DNA of 64,000 nucleotides from Sporopachydermia quercuum (Eukaryota), in assembly GCA_001599295.1 (NCBI GenBank), contig BCGN01000008.1, positions 930,001-994,000 of the forward strand. Direction: 5' to 3'. Position numbers and translations under genes: made by a program. Below, one piece after another: positions 26,309 through 38,830 of the stretch (its first letter is position 1; each line of letters opens with the position of its first letter). The notes beneath the pieces were generated by a model, which searched no databases, was not told where the DNA came from, and worked only from the letters and a program-made list of their open reading frames with translations.

Positions 26309-28148
26309 ATGGATCAACAAAATCTATCAATCCAAGGCTACAATTTAGTAACTATTTTAAAACGGTAAGTTTCGGGAATTGTCACTAGTATATTTTGTTC
26401 TCTCATTATGATAAATGACATCAAATTGTATACTTGCCAATACATCTCTTTGCTAACAACAATGTAGCCTTGAAGCTGCCACTTCTCGTTTAGAAGATGT
26501 TACTATCTTTCAGGAGAATCTTGCTGGCAAGGAAGCTGGCTCTGAAAGTACCGAAGGAGTAATTCCAGTAGCTGTCAGCTCTGCACCTGTAGCATCAAAG
26601 ACAAAAGCAGATTCCATTGAAGAAGCAAAGGCACTGCCACCAGCAGCACTACCTTCTTCTAACGAGACTCCAGCTTCCGTTACTAAGTTTGATGAATTTC
26701 TCCAGGAATTTGTTCAACCATTCGTAGATTTGTCTAATGAAATTGACCCTATTCTTGCTGAACAAGTATGTTTGACAATCAGTAATAGCATTTGATGATA
26801 CTCGTTTGGACCTGGGGACAATATTTCCAATCCATCAGTGATCATGTGCTTTGAGATCGTGTAATCTGTGAGTGTCATTAGAGATACTAACCATTGAACA
26901 TAGGCCTCCTACGTGAAAGCAGCATTTGAAGAAGAAAGAAAATTTTTGGTGCTTCTCACTAAATCAAAGCAACCTAGTATTCCATCTCCTGTTTTCGAAG
27001 AAGCTTTGAAACCCGTAAATAAAGCTATTGAACAAACCATTAGCATCAAAGACAGCAACAGAACCAGCAAGGTGTTCAACCATCTTTCATCAGTTGCCGA
27101 TGGTATTCCTGCTCTCGGTTGGATTCTCGTTGACGCCCCGGCTCCTTATATCGGTGAATTCAAAGACTCTGCTATGTTTTATGCAAACAGGGTAACCAAA
27201 GAATTCAAAGATACGGACCCCAAACAGGCTGAGTGGGTAAAGAAGTTCTTGAACATTTTCAATGGACTGCAAGCTTATGTTAAAGAGTATCACAAAACTG
27301 GTATTTCTTGGAATGCAAATGGTATTTTATTAGAAGAAGCATTGAAGAGTCTTAATCTCGAAGATAACACCAGTTCTAGCCTTTCAGCAGCCCCAGCAGC
27401 TGGCGGACCACCACCACCACCTCCTCCTCCTCCTATGCCAAGTGCTGATGTTTTCAAAGCAGAAGCTCCTGCAGGTGAAAGCTCTACTGGTGGTATGAAT
27501 GCAGTGTTTGCTGAACTCAATAAAGGTTCAGCAGTTACTGCAGGATTGAAGAAGGTTGAGCGATCTCAAATGACCCATAAGAATCCTGCCTTGAGAGCAG
27601 AAGCTGTGATTCCTCCTAAAAGTAAGAACACCCCTGTTCCTCCGAAGAAGCCATCTTCTTTGACAAGCAAGAAACCTTCAAAGAAGGAATTGGTTGATAC
27701 TAAATGGATAGTGGAAAACTTTGATGGTGATCAAGACGTCACTATTGATGGTGAAATCAACCAAGGTGTATTTATTGATAAATGTGTTAACTCTACTATT
27801 CAAATCAAAGGAAAAGTCAATGCCATCTCAATTGCTGAATGCTCTAAAGTTGGTATCGTTATAGATTCCCTTGTTTCTGGTATTGATGTGATCAAATGTA
27901 AGAAGTTTGGTGTTCAAATCACTGGTAAAGCACCTACTATTAGTATTGACCAAAGTGAGGGAGGGTCCGTGTACATTAGTAAGGAAAGTACAGATATTGA
28001 AGTATACACTTCTCAAAGTACTAGTTTGAACCTTAATTTCCCAGGCGAAGATGGTGATTTTGTTGAATATCCTGTTCCTGAACAATTGGTTCATAAATTC
28101 GATGAAAGTGGTAAACTCAAGAGCACTATTGTTGAACATGTTGGTTGA
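26309..28148 (+). CDS. SRV2: Adenylyl cyclase-associated protein Srv2/CAP, 3 exons, ~532 aa
   Basis: Exons 26309-26364, 26468-26765, 26904-28148. Introns are GTAAGT..GCTAAC..TAG and GTATGT..TACTAAC..TAG. Splicing restores QGYNLVTILKRLEAATSRLED. Polyproline tract, WH2 (GLKKV..SQMTHKNP) and CAP C-terminal domain are present. Confidence 0.96.
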
Positions 28149-28463
28149 AGAAGAATTGTCTATAAAAGCTACATACATACAGAAATACATCAGATATGTG
28201 TATACATGTAAGCATGTATTTGCAAGTAACAATGATCATTANATATTCAACGTCAATGCGAAATAAACCTACAACAGGAAAAGTTAAACAGATCTATAGA
28301 AAGTCAATTTATTTATTTACATGAAGCTGAAACAGAAGTCGGGTGAAGCACACTTAACGTTTAATAAGACAAACATAACTGACGATACGGTTATTTGCTN
28401 ATAAGGATTCACTTAGAATAGTAGAATATACATACATTAAACATACACCATGTATTTCCAAGG

Positions 28464-30126
28464 TTAAACGTAGTACATGAAAGCTCTTTCATGCACATCG
28501 AGAGAGAAAGGTGTAATAACTTCTGATTCACCAGGTCTTGCAACAGGATCCCTTAAATAAACGGCATGACAGGTATCAAATGATACTTCGATATGAGATG
28601 GAAGAATAGCAAATACACCAAGAAATGGTCTTGGTGTCCAAGGGGTAAAATACTTTTTGTTAGGTTCTTGTCTTCCCCATAAGTGAGATTGCCCTGGTAA
28701 TTTCACTAGAGCACTACTTTCTTCTTCTTTCACACTTGGCCTATGAAGCAGAGGATGTCTCTTATAGTATTTGGCTATTTCAGCAGTGAATGGCATATGT
28801 TCGTGGTTTTCATCTAAACTATTTCTATCATACTCATCCCTATAGAAAGATTGGATATCTCTTCGTAAAGTGCTTAAAAGACTTTTAACTTTCTTCTTGC
28901 GTTGAGCTAAATCTTTCAATTCCGAGTTGGCTTCACTGTCAGCTAAGAATTCCGAAGCCTTCTTAGTAGTAGCAGATTGAACTTCTGGTGATGGTTTTGG
29001 TAACTTATCAAACTTAGCAATCGCTTCATCAAAAGAATTGGATGTAACAGCAGGACCAGTTCCATTTTCAACCAACTTGTAGATTTCAGCCGCTCTTTGA
29101 TTGAAATCAAGCTTTTTAAATTTATTTAATAGAACACCAGTTTGAAGGAATTTTTCTCCATTGACAAGAATTTCCTGNAACAATGATTGTTGAGTGACAG
29201 AGTTCTGTTTTACTTTCATTTCCTTCATCAGATTATTGTTGAATTCTTGTCTCTTTCTCAAATTTTCAGCTTTTACCTCGATATCTTCTAAGCCTTTGAT
29301 CTTTTCAGAGTTGTGTTCTTTCCATGCATTTACAGGATCCTTCTTCAACTTCTTTACTAAACCATTGTGTTCAACAATTTGCTTATTGGTGATTTGGATA
29401 GATTTGCTCAAGGAAGGCTTCTCACGTCCTAAAGCATATAATACTTTCTCTGGTGCAACGGAAAACACATCACCTGGCGATAGGGTAAATCTGGGATGCA
29501 TGATTCTAAATCCATTGACTGAAACATAACCTTTGAGAATGAATTGTCGGGCTTGACGTAGAGAGCTCGCAAACATTGATCTGAATACAGCAAACTCTAA
29601 ACGTTTTTCCAAAACGGCATAGGATTGCATGGCCAGCGGTGTTGGGGGAACAACTTTACCACCAATAGATGCATCCAATTGAGCTACTCCTTGTAACTTA
29701 CTTGTGAACATCTTCTTCCACGTTTTCTCCTGAACATGTTCACCATGGTAACCTCTTGTTTCTGATTTGGCTAAATGCTTTTGTTGATAAATAGTTCTTT
29801 GTTTGAAATTTGGCCTTCCTTTTTTATACAAATTATACAAATTGGTTTTGTTCATAGACATACGAACTCTCTGTGATTATGTTAGTATATAGTCCTTTTC
29901 TTGTACTAGGTTCAAGATGCGATGTGCCCTGAGCCATTTCAAATGAGGAAACAACAAATCGAGTCAAATGAGATCCTAGATGATTGCCAGTCGTTTGCAT
30001 ATTGCTATCTGTTTGTTATGATGGCTGTTGCTACCGTCTTCATGGATTCTCATCTATTCTTCCTCCTGTCAACTAAGTACTTACTCCTCGGAAGAGGTTG
30101 AACAAATTGATTCCTCTTCTAGCCAT
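28464..30126 (-). CDS. NAM9: Mitochondrial ribosomal protein uS4m (Nam9), 2 exons, ~482 aa
   Basis: Exons 30126-30085 and 29870-28464, intron GTAAGT..TACTAAC..CAG. Motifs GRVRMSMNK.NLYNLYKK, ETRGYHGEH, LEKRLEFAVFRSMFASS.RQARQFI and YLRDPVARPG.SEVI. Confidence 0.95.
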
Positions 30127-30754
30127 AGTTTCCAACTATTGTTAAAAAATTTATAGCTGGAAAGGTATTCTTGCTATTGGCAACTAGAAAACCAATCAAC
30201 TGCTTACAGGTAACTTCAACCAGCTAACAGTTTATAAATAATAAAGATCAACAATCCATTATCCACATACATACACTTGGTTATCAAATCGTTATTCATT
30301 CATCTTTCAGGTCGTTTATTGGGAAGTGAAAAATCGATCAACGTTGAGAGTTCAACTTAGGGATGAAATGTACGCAGTGCGATAAAATACTTTAGCAAGG
30401 GGTAATATGAGAGATATTAATTTGGAATGAGATGTGAAGTGGAAATAAAGCTTAGTAGGTGCATGGGAGGTTTTTACTTGGTAGTGCTAGTAAACAATGA
30501 AGGATAGAATGAGGGTACGAGATAGGATTGAAGAACATGAGATAAATGAAGAGATGTCGTGTTTAATATGCTATGTCCTTCTACAGTTGTGATATAGTCA
30601 GAAGATGTTTCATAGATATCAGTTTGTGGTTTCCTGATACGTTGGAAAGTGACTAACACTTATTGCTTTAGACGAAATCATAGACGGGAAGACGATTAGT
30701 GACTGATACACATAAAGAGTATTATGTCAAGACTACTTAGATAATTTATTGGAG

Positions 30755-32485
30755 ATGAATACTACGAATGAAGAAGGAGAATTGCTGCTTTCTGAATGGT
30801 CAGTGGAACAGGAAATAAGGCTTTTCAAGTCAATATGTAAGTTCAAACCAGTAGGTATTCATAAGTACATGCATGCCATATCGATATACAATGCTGTTAA
30901 CAGCGAACCAAAGGGTAAAAAAAGAGACTCAAGAAAAGTTTTGATGGCAGAATTATGGGAGAAGCTTAGAAAGCATTATAATTTGGATCAGCTTGAAGAA
31001 ATCGAGAACGGGGACTTGTCAGCTGAATCTGACTCTCAGGAAAATGAAACACCTTCATTGAACAATGAGCCTGACAATGCAAAATGGAAGGAATTTTCTT
31101 TACCTCTAGAAGAGTACGGAATTTTAATGATGGAGCANGGTGTATCCGAGTCCAGAGACACAACACCAGGAAATCTTGATAGCCCGAAGATGGACATGGA
31201 CGAAGATGAGATTGAGGATAACAGCAGCAGTAANGAAAGTAAAGAGAAGAAAGTTGTGCAACCAGCGATCGAGAAATCAGAGAGCAAAGAAAGTCCAAGA
31301 AAACAATTAGAAGATGACAAGGTGAAAGAAGAAATTACTGGTCTGAAACATACAAATCATATCTCCTCATCAGACAAAAATGAGAAAGATTCTGAAAAAG
31401 AGGAAAAACATGATATTGAAGATGAACATACCAGCGAGGCCGAAAGTGATGAAGATGCAGCACGTTCTGTCAGTCCGAAGAATACATCAACGGAAAGTAC
31501 AAGAAGAACGAGAAGAACTCGTGATCGTGATAGCAGTCCTATAATCAAGGAGGCTACAACAGAAACACCAACGAAGACACGCACAAGAGGGAGAACGCGG
31601 ATTCTGCGCAATCAGAAAAATGATGATATTGTGAAGATAGAGAATCCAGACAAGGAGGAAAAAGAAGAAAAACATAACTCTTCCGATGAGGAGATTAAAG
31701 AGGAAGAAAGCAGAAGCGGTAGAAGAGGAGTTCGTACAAGAAGGAGTATCGCTAAAGAGGAAACCGCAGCAGCCGCAGCAGAAGAAGAGACGAAAAAGGA
31801 AGAAGATCAGCAAGATAATGATAGTGAGAATACTGACAAGAAACAAANGTCGGGAAGGCCGAGATCTCGTCTGCGTTCGAGAACGAGAGGGAACACAAAA
31901 GATCAGGATACTGNCTCAATAGGTTCAAGAGTAAGAACTCGATCAGTAAAAGACAATCAGGAGGATAAAGAACAGATAACAACCAGTGAGAACAATGATA
32001 AAGATACTGGTGTTGATAGTAATATAGAAGCTGATGGACAAGACGAAGGTGGTGAGAAAGGTACCAAAGAAGAGTTAGATCAGGAAAAGGCAGCTGAAAA
32101 TGAGCCAGCGAGTGAGGATGTAGATGGGGAGGAAGAAAATGATGAAGAAAATGAAAGCGAAAGTAGCAACAGTAGTAATGAAGAAGAAAATGAAAACGAA
32201 GATACTAAAGCTGGAAGAGAAATTCATACAAGGTCATCTAGAAGGAAAGCTCGAGACTCGACTCCTTTATCAACACCAGTTCGTAAAGTTACTAGAAGTG
32301 TAACTAGAAGATCAACTAAAGCGAAAATAGAATCCACAAAGAAGAAGACGACGAGGTCTCAAAAGACAAGAAATTCTCCAACTCCTTCCACTGTTCGAAG
32401 TAAACGAACAAGACAAAACGTTTCGGATGATGCAGAGGCTCAAACGCCAGCAACTGCTACAAGAAGTAAGCGGAGGAAAGCTTAA
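30755..32485 (+). CDS. EAF7: NuA4 subunit Eaf7 (CT20/MRGBP family) with long acidic and R/S-rich tail
   Basis: N-terminal WS.EQEIRLFKSICKFKPVGIHK, LWEKL..YNL and EFSLP motifs. Lies between NAM9 and FPR1, as in S. cerevisiae. First ATG is at 30755. Confidence 0.88.
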   Translation: MNTTNEEGELLLSEWSVEQEIRLFKSICKFKPVGIHKYMHAISIYNAVNSEPKGKKRDSRKVLMAELWEKLRKHYNLDQLEEIENGDLSAESDSQENETPSLNNEPDNAKWKEFSLPLEEYGILMMEXGVSESRDTTPGNLDSPKMDMDEDEIEDNSSSXESKEKKVVQPAIEKSESKESPRKQLEDDKVKEEITGLKHTNHISSSDKNEKDSEKEEKHDIEDEHTSEAESDEDAARSVSPKNTSTESTRRTRRTRDRDSSPIIKEATTETPTKTRTRGRTRILRNQKNDDIVKIENPDKEEKEEKHNSSDEEIKEEESRSGRRGVRTRRSIAKEETAAAAAEEETKKEEDQQDNDSENTDKKQXSGRPRSRLRSRTRGNTKDQDTXSIGSRVRTRSVKDNQEDKEQITTSENNDKDTGVDSNIEADGQDEGGEKGTKEELDQEKAAENEPASEDVDGEEENDEENESESSNSSNEEENENEDTKAGREIHTRSSRRKARDSTPLSTPVRKVTRSVTRRSTKAKIESTKKKTTRSQKTRNSPTPSTVRSKRTRQNVSDDAEAQTPATATRSKRRKA

Positions 32486-32618
32486 TATATTGAATAATGT
32501 TCATATACAGCAATATGTCAAGATCGTAAACAAGTATATATTAATTACTTTTCTATTTTGATTCCTTATGATGGTTCAATCCATATAAAGATGAAATGAT
32601 TCACTCTTAATACATCTC

Positions 32619-33181
32619 TTAGTTGATCTTTAAGAGTTCAACTTCGAACTATAATAAAAAACATGTTAGTTATCTGAGTCTCATGGTCTATAGAGGGATG
32701 CATTTCTAAAATATCTAAAGAAAATATTTCATTTTAGCAGAAAAAGAAGTATTCTTACCAAAAGAGTAGCGTTAGGAGGAATCAATCCAGGGACACCTCT
32801 TTCACCATAGGCATAATCACCAGTGATCTTCAACAAAGCCTTTTCACCTAGTGACAATTGAGGAACACCTTCATCCCAACCTTTGATGACTTGACCAACA
32901 CCAATGACAGTTTGGAATGGCTTGCCTCTGTCTCTGGAGGAATCAAACTTCTTTCCGTTCTCTAAAGTACCAACGTAGTGCATAGAAACGCGGTCACCCT
33001 TTTGAGGGAAGTTGACACCATCACCTATTGCCGATTAGTTAGTAGGTTTCAATACAATTATTGTATTCACTGAAAAAACAATCACTGGAGATGACAATTG
33101 ATATAATTGTAGCAATTGTTAGATCGAAGCACAAAACTGTCTATACATACCAGGAGAGATCTTTTCAATTGTGACACCCAT
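32619..33181 (-). CDS. FPR1: FKBP12 peptidyl-prolyl isomerase, 3 exons, 108 aa
   Basis: Exons 33181-33151, 33024-32759, 32648-32619. Introns are GTATGT..TACTAAC..TAG and GTAAGA..ACTAAC..TAG. Spliced product [31 protein letters not shown]...FDSSRDRG...[17 protein letters not shown]. Confidence 0.97.
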
Positions 33182-35020
33182 TTTTACTAGCTTGTTTCAA
33201 TCTATGGTGATTAATTAAATCAATAATATGTATCTTATGGTATGATCAATATTAAAGCAGATTTGTATATCATTTAATGGCTATCGATTAATTTCTAGGG
33301 GCAGAAGTGTTGAACATAACTTGAACTTACTTAATAAGGAGGCTTACCTTGTTGAGCTAGATGTCTTTCAGAGGGAGGTGACAACTAATGAAAAGTTACC
33401 CGATTTATGTGTCGAATAGGATAAAGTTAATGATTACATAATAATATATCTGTGTCATATGTGTTTCGAACTTTGTTAGTCAAGAGGAGATGTCGTGTCA
33501 TGTAACATTCCTTGTTGCTATTAACTTGATCTATTAATAACTCACATATGAGATTAATAATAAGATACTTTAATGGGAGACAAAATTTGCTCTTTCTGTA
33601 ATAGGCATGTTCTATTTTTATTGAAAAGAGGTTTATATCATCGAAACATCAATTTCAATCGTCAGTTACGCAAGCATCACATTAGTGTAAGCAGTTATGA
33701 GAGAAAAACAGACCAAAAACAGACCCTTTATATAATTGACANCACANTGCGGAGCATATTTGTCATATGAAGAACTAATTATAGTTTGCGACAATTTTCC
33801 GAAACTAAACCATACATTTATAATATACAACATAGAANCTGAATGAAAAAAGGTAACACTTTTATTAACTAACTGATGTATATGCTTTTATCGCATTGAG
33901 AGAAGAAGAAAAAAAAAAGAGGTTTACTGCAGCTTGATTTATATAATGTTGTCGTTAAATTGTTTGTTTTCGAGTAAATTTGAGTAACACTGTGATCAGT
34001 TTAAGTGATATTTGACATTCTCTTGCTGGTACTAAAGGATCGACTAGAAGTTCCCAACCTGTCTCATATTAAAGATCATTATGATGATCGTCTAAGTCTA
34101 AGTTGACTAGACCGGGCACATCCAGATTTANAAATGGTTATTTCATATGACAACTCAAACATTTATGTACATATATAACATAGGTTAACTCAAACTTCTG
34201 ATAGAACGACAATCAAATACTCCATTTTGAAATACTTCTAGATCTTGAAAGTGTTACAACATTCCATTAGTTATACGCTTAGTTCATGACTTACAGAACT
34301 TCTTTTACTTTTCCTCTCTCCGCTTTCTACTACGGTGGCAGTGATTCGGCCAAACATTCCCTACGAACCGAACGATTTGGGTTCCTAATGATTTAAAAAA
34401 TATATAATTCACGGCTTTAATTATCGTTGTAAGATTATTTTATNGATAACTGTATCCTCGTTATATTTAACATAACGAATTTAACTCCAGGTCTCTTCTC
34501 ATGGCTTAATAATTGCAGAAGAATTTTACATAATAAGCCAATATCAACACGAAGTCTCTCTTCATTTCACATAAGTTCCCCAACTTTAAAACTTTCTGTT
34601 CTGGTAATTGAGGAATTTATTAACGGCGGCGACTTGAATCGAGAACCTTTTTCTTCTTCCACTTTTGAATTAACAAATCGAACTTGAAGAAGAAAGTTTA
34701 TAGATGATAAGAATAACAAGAAATAGATTATTAGTGGTCATTATTGATGAAAGTAATAGGTTTTATTATTCTCAAGAAACAGTGTCATAACGACATAATT
34801 TACAAGTGTTATTCACTATTAGGAGTGTGTCAAAGAGTATGAGAGTTGTTAGATTGAAGTGTCAAGCAATTTATTCGTCTACTAAATCACACTTGATATA
34901 AGCAAGGGTCAAACAACAAGAACAACAAATATTAGCATAATCCTTCAAGCGTCAACCAAGATTTCATTTGATTTTCTCGTTCATAAATATTCGGATCAAC
35001 CAAAATCTCTGTTATTCAAA

Positions 35021-36945
35021 ATGTCGACCACTAGTTCGATAGAAATTTCGGCCTCCAATCCTTTCAAGCATCTGGTGCAAAATTCCAACCCCGGTCAAAC
35101 TTCCATCAGTGTTTCTTCAACTGGCACACAGATATATGCACCAAAAAACGGGCAAGATTCAGCCATACCAGTGGCTATTAAAAGATCAAACAGGTAAGGT
35201 TATAGATTTGCTTTTCGTGATGCATTCTGGTTTCAACAGTGTGTGAATAGAGCCGAATCTTCATGAGTCGCTCCTTGGACATTATTGATAAATCTCCTCC
35301 ATTGGCAGTTGGGAAGTTGATTATATATTCGTTTATTATGATTACTAACGTATACACCTTTAGTACTGGACATGCATCTAATGCTTCGTCAGTTTCCAGC
35401 TCCAATCCTTTCCTTGACAACAATCGCCTACCATCCATTACCCGGGGAATGAATGATCTGAGAATAGACTCAACATCATCTCCAATTACCTCAGCAGGAT
35501 CTGATACTACACACACGAAAACCAATCAAAAAATGTCAAAGCAATACCTTCCAGCTAACGATTCGGCTGATTCTCAATATGCTCCACCAAAGCCTCCTTC
35601 AACTTCCAGAACATTAAGTGACTCCTCAGTTGTGACAAAGAATCGAAAGCTGGAAATTATTCCTCAAGAGGCTAAGTTTCATTCTGACTCAGACTCAGAC
35701 TCTGAAAGGGAATATTATGACAAGCGTAGGACAAACGCGAACTCTAAATATATAGGATCTGGTAAACCTTCTTCAGGAATCGCAGACCCTCGATACACCC
35801 ATAGGCAACCTAGACCTCATCGCAACGGTACCCCGCAGGAAAGATCTCATAACAACGCCTCACATGCCTCTAGATCTCGTCAGTCATCATACAATGAGTG
35901 TGACACTAGTAATTATCTTGACTACAAACCAAAAAGATCTGAAAACTCAAGGCCAAGAAAATCAGTTTATTATTCTTATTCTGACGACGAATCTGTTGCT
36001 GCCGGATATAGTTCAGACGACCGTTCTGAATTCTCCGTAGAAGGTGTTTCTGGTTCAAGACATCATAGCCATAGTTATAGTCACGGTCATCGAAACAGAG
36101 CTGAAGCTGGACTAAACAGTCGTCACAGCTATTACCCAAACCAACGCGAATTTTCTGGTAGATCATCATCATCTAGACATACAATGGAACCTCGAGCAAG
36201 ATCTACAAGCAACAGCAAGTCTGGTACGCATGGCCATTCATCGTCAGCCTCTTCGCGTCATCGAAGCCATAGAAGCGGTCATCACACTTCTTCCTCATCC
36301 AGAAAGAAGAAAAATGCTGATGGTACACCATTGGATACTATCGACAAACTTGACGTTACTGGTTTGTTCGGGTCTGGTGCATTTCATCACGATGGGCCAT
36401 TCGATGCTTGTACCCCTCATAGAAATAAGAATACGAAGAAAGCACCTGTAATGGCTTTCCCTATTGATGGACCAAATAACTCCATTGCTGGTGCTTTCAC
36501 TGGTAATTTTGAATCCAGCAAAAACAAAGCCATTGATGTTGTAATGGGCACTGATGGTGCTGACGAATTATACAATTTTGACTCTTCTATCACAGGCAAT
36601 GACAATCGAAAAGTTAATACATCTGTTCCCCCCTTCAACAGAATGAGCACTGCTTTTGTAGGAGCAAACTCTAAGACTATTGTTGATCCTAGTGACGCGT
36701 CAATTATCGAGTTTGACGCGAAACAAAAAGCTATCCCTGTTCATGGTGATACAACACTGGGCCTAGGCTCATCCACTTTCTTAGACGGTGCGCCAGCTTC
36801 TCAATCTGCTATTGTTGAAGATGCTAACTTGTCCGTAAAACCACGGGCTGGCGATGGACTCGGTAGAAGCAAAAGCTTGAAGAATGGTAGTGGCGTTGGT
36901 ATTTCTCGAAAGAAGAGTCTAGTTCAGCGTTTGAGGGGAGCCTAG
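35021..36945 (+). CDS. PAL1: Pal1-family endocytic/morphogenesis protein, 2 exons, ~584 aa
   Basis: Exon 1 is 35021-35193; intron 35194-35363 is GTAAGG..TACTAAC..TAG. Pal1 motifs DTIDKLDVTG..G.G.FHHDGPFDACTPHRN and VHGDTTLGLGSSTFLDGAPAS, plus N-terminal NPF motifs. Confidence 0.9.
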
Positions 36946-37281
36946 GATTTTTGGTCGATGGATATTTTTTTTTCTTTTCAAATTTCTAACTCCATCTTTT
37001 TATTTCATCTCTCAGATTATTATACGGTTTCGGGATCATTTTAATGGATTATGTAATGAGCAATAATACATAGACAAGAACTTTGTTCAATGATTTTATT
37101 TTTATTTTTATTTACATTATGTTTTATGTCATGCGAAATAGTCATTCAGAATAGTCATATTTGACACCTAATTATATTCAAATGAACGGTGACTACTCCT
37201 AACCAGATCACCATTTAAAGACAACTTATACCATCAGAATACTATTTACTTTATTATTTACAGGGATAATGCGTATTATCA

Positions 37282-38256
37282 TCAAAAGCCAACCTTATCA
37301 GCGATAGTCAAATCTTTTACAGGTAATCTNCCTTCAACGACCGTCCAATCTATCGACTTCCATAGATTTTCCAAGTATAATCTTTTACCGAAAATACCGT
37401 AATCATTCAAATATATATGTTGCCAAACATTCACTACCATCAAAGGTGTCAAGTGTCCCTTGGGATATTTTAACAACTTTGCATTCTGAATTTCACTCTC
37501 TGATAGGAGGGAAGTATCAGGTTCAGTCTTTTCTGCTTGACCTCCTCTGATCAAGTCTTCCGGAGAACCAGAATTGAAAGTGTTCACCAATACTAGGCGT
37601 TTATATTTGTAAAGTTCCGGAGAATCGAACTTATTACTACCTTGCTTATTTAACAAAGAGTATGAAGAGGCTTCAATATCAGCTTCAGCTAAAACCCACA
37701 CATTACCGTTACCGAATATACCCAGAGCGGATCCAAATAAAAGCTGTCTGAATTCTGCTACTGAACCGAAAGAATGAACGATCCAATTACGGACTTTACC
37801 CTGGGGCTCGTTAGGGAACGTCAATGAAAGATCAGGTGTTCGTGTTAGTTCTTCAGATCCAGGAGAATAAATATCTTTGTCTGCTTCTGATGACAAGTCT
37901 TTTCTGAACTGGCGGAAAAAGAACTCATTGTTGTAAGCTTCACTAGCAATTCTATTAATATCATAATCCTCATCAGTCTTCTTACCAGTCATGCGGACGA
38001 TATCTCTAATAGTTTGCGTAGCATAAGCTGTGTCCTCGGTTAAGGTGTCTAGTTTGCTCAGTATATGACTTTGATAATCAAACCAATTCTGTTGCAAAGA
38101 CTTAGCGCTGAATAACCCTGGAACTCCCTTATTTTCAGCTTGTAATGCTTCTAATTCTTTGATTTGAGGTAAAGCATGAATATGTCTGATATTTCTTCCT
38201 ATCAGATTAGGAGTTACTGCTCGGCTTCCAGCCGGCATCCTTAGAACCTTGTACAT
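37282..38256 (-). CDS. MRP1: Mitochondrial small-subunit ribosomal protein of SOD fold (Mrp1/mS43; Rsm26 paralog family), 324 aa
   Basis: Fe/Mn-SOD-like fold (SFGS..EF, VNTFNSGSP, VNVWQH.YL.DYG..GK..YLENLW.SIDW) without a clear metal-ligand set. Convergent with PAL1, as MRP1 is in S. cerevisiae. Confidence 0.82.
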   Translation of the reverse strand: MYKVLRMPAGSRAVTPNLIGRNIRHIHALPQIKELEALQAENKGVPGLFSAKSLQQNWFDYQSHILSKLDTLTEDTAYATQTIRDIVRMTGKKTDEDYDINRIASEAYNNEFFFRQFRKDLSSEADKDIYSPGSEELTRTPDLSLTFPNEPQGKVRNWIVHSFGSVAEFRQLLFGSALGIFGNGNVWVLAEADIEASSYSLLNKQGSNKFDSPELYKYKRLVLVNTFNSGSPEDLIRGGQAEKTEPDTSLLSESEIQNAKLLKYPKGHLTPLMVVNVWQHIYLNDYGIFGKRLYLENLWKSIDWTVVEXRLPVKDLTIADKVGF

Positions 38257-38830
38257 GGGTAATGCAAACTATAACCAAATACCTCTTTATTCAATGATAT
38301 GAATAATCAGAAAGCCTCTTCTCACTCATACTGACTTTCTATTCTCTGTAGAATTGACTATCTTACTGTTATGTTTATCTACTACCATCATGATTTGAAC
38401 GTCAATTTCAACAACTTCGATTTTTCACATATAAAATGTCATCTTAGTAAATGTAAGTCTGGGATAATATTTACTACTGAAAATTTAGGGGGTACTCAGG
38501 AGATAACGAATCTTCAGTCACAAAACACAACACCCTGATTTAATGGGGAATTTCATAAGATCAGAAGATACTCTGATAAAGAGTAGGGGGTATTCAGTCT
38601 ATAATTCTGTATTAGGTGATGGTGAGTGGATAAATTCATGTCTCTGTGTCCTCTCCTATATCATCAGCAAACTATTATTGGGTAGTAAAATCAATTGAAT
38701 TTGTAGTAAGAACTATAAGAAATTGTGACTGAAATTGCATAAATAACATATAATTGGCTGTATTATTAGAGTGAATAAACCTGTAAAGGTGACACACTAT
38801 AACCAAACGTGAATAAGCGATCTATTCTTA

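Noticed and set aside
26766..26903. Intronic C/D snoRNA in SRV2 intron 2 (TGATGA present)
   Set aside because: No downstream CTGA D box and no recognisable rRNA guide.
32729..32758. FKBP with a hydrophobic C-terminal tail (VRILLFLLK)
   Set aside because: This is read-through into intron 2. Splicing restores the conserved FEVELLKIN strand.
35263..35363. PAL1 start at 35263 with a hydrophobic N-terminus
   Set aside because: The ATG lies inside a canonical intron (TACTAAC at ~35343). Exon 1 from 35021 joins in frame.
37282..38256. Superoxide dismutase enzyme
   Set aside because: The DxWEHAY metal-binding motif is degenerate (NVWQHIY). Sequence and synteny fit the ribosomal SOD-fold protein Mrp1.
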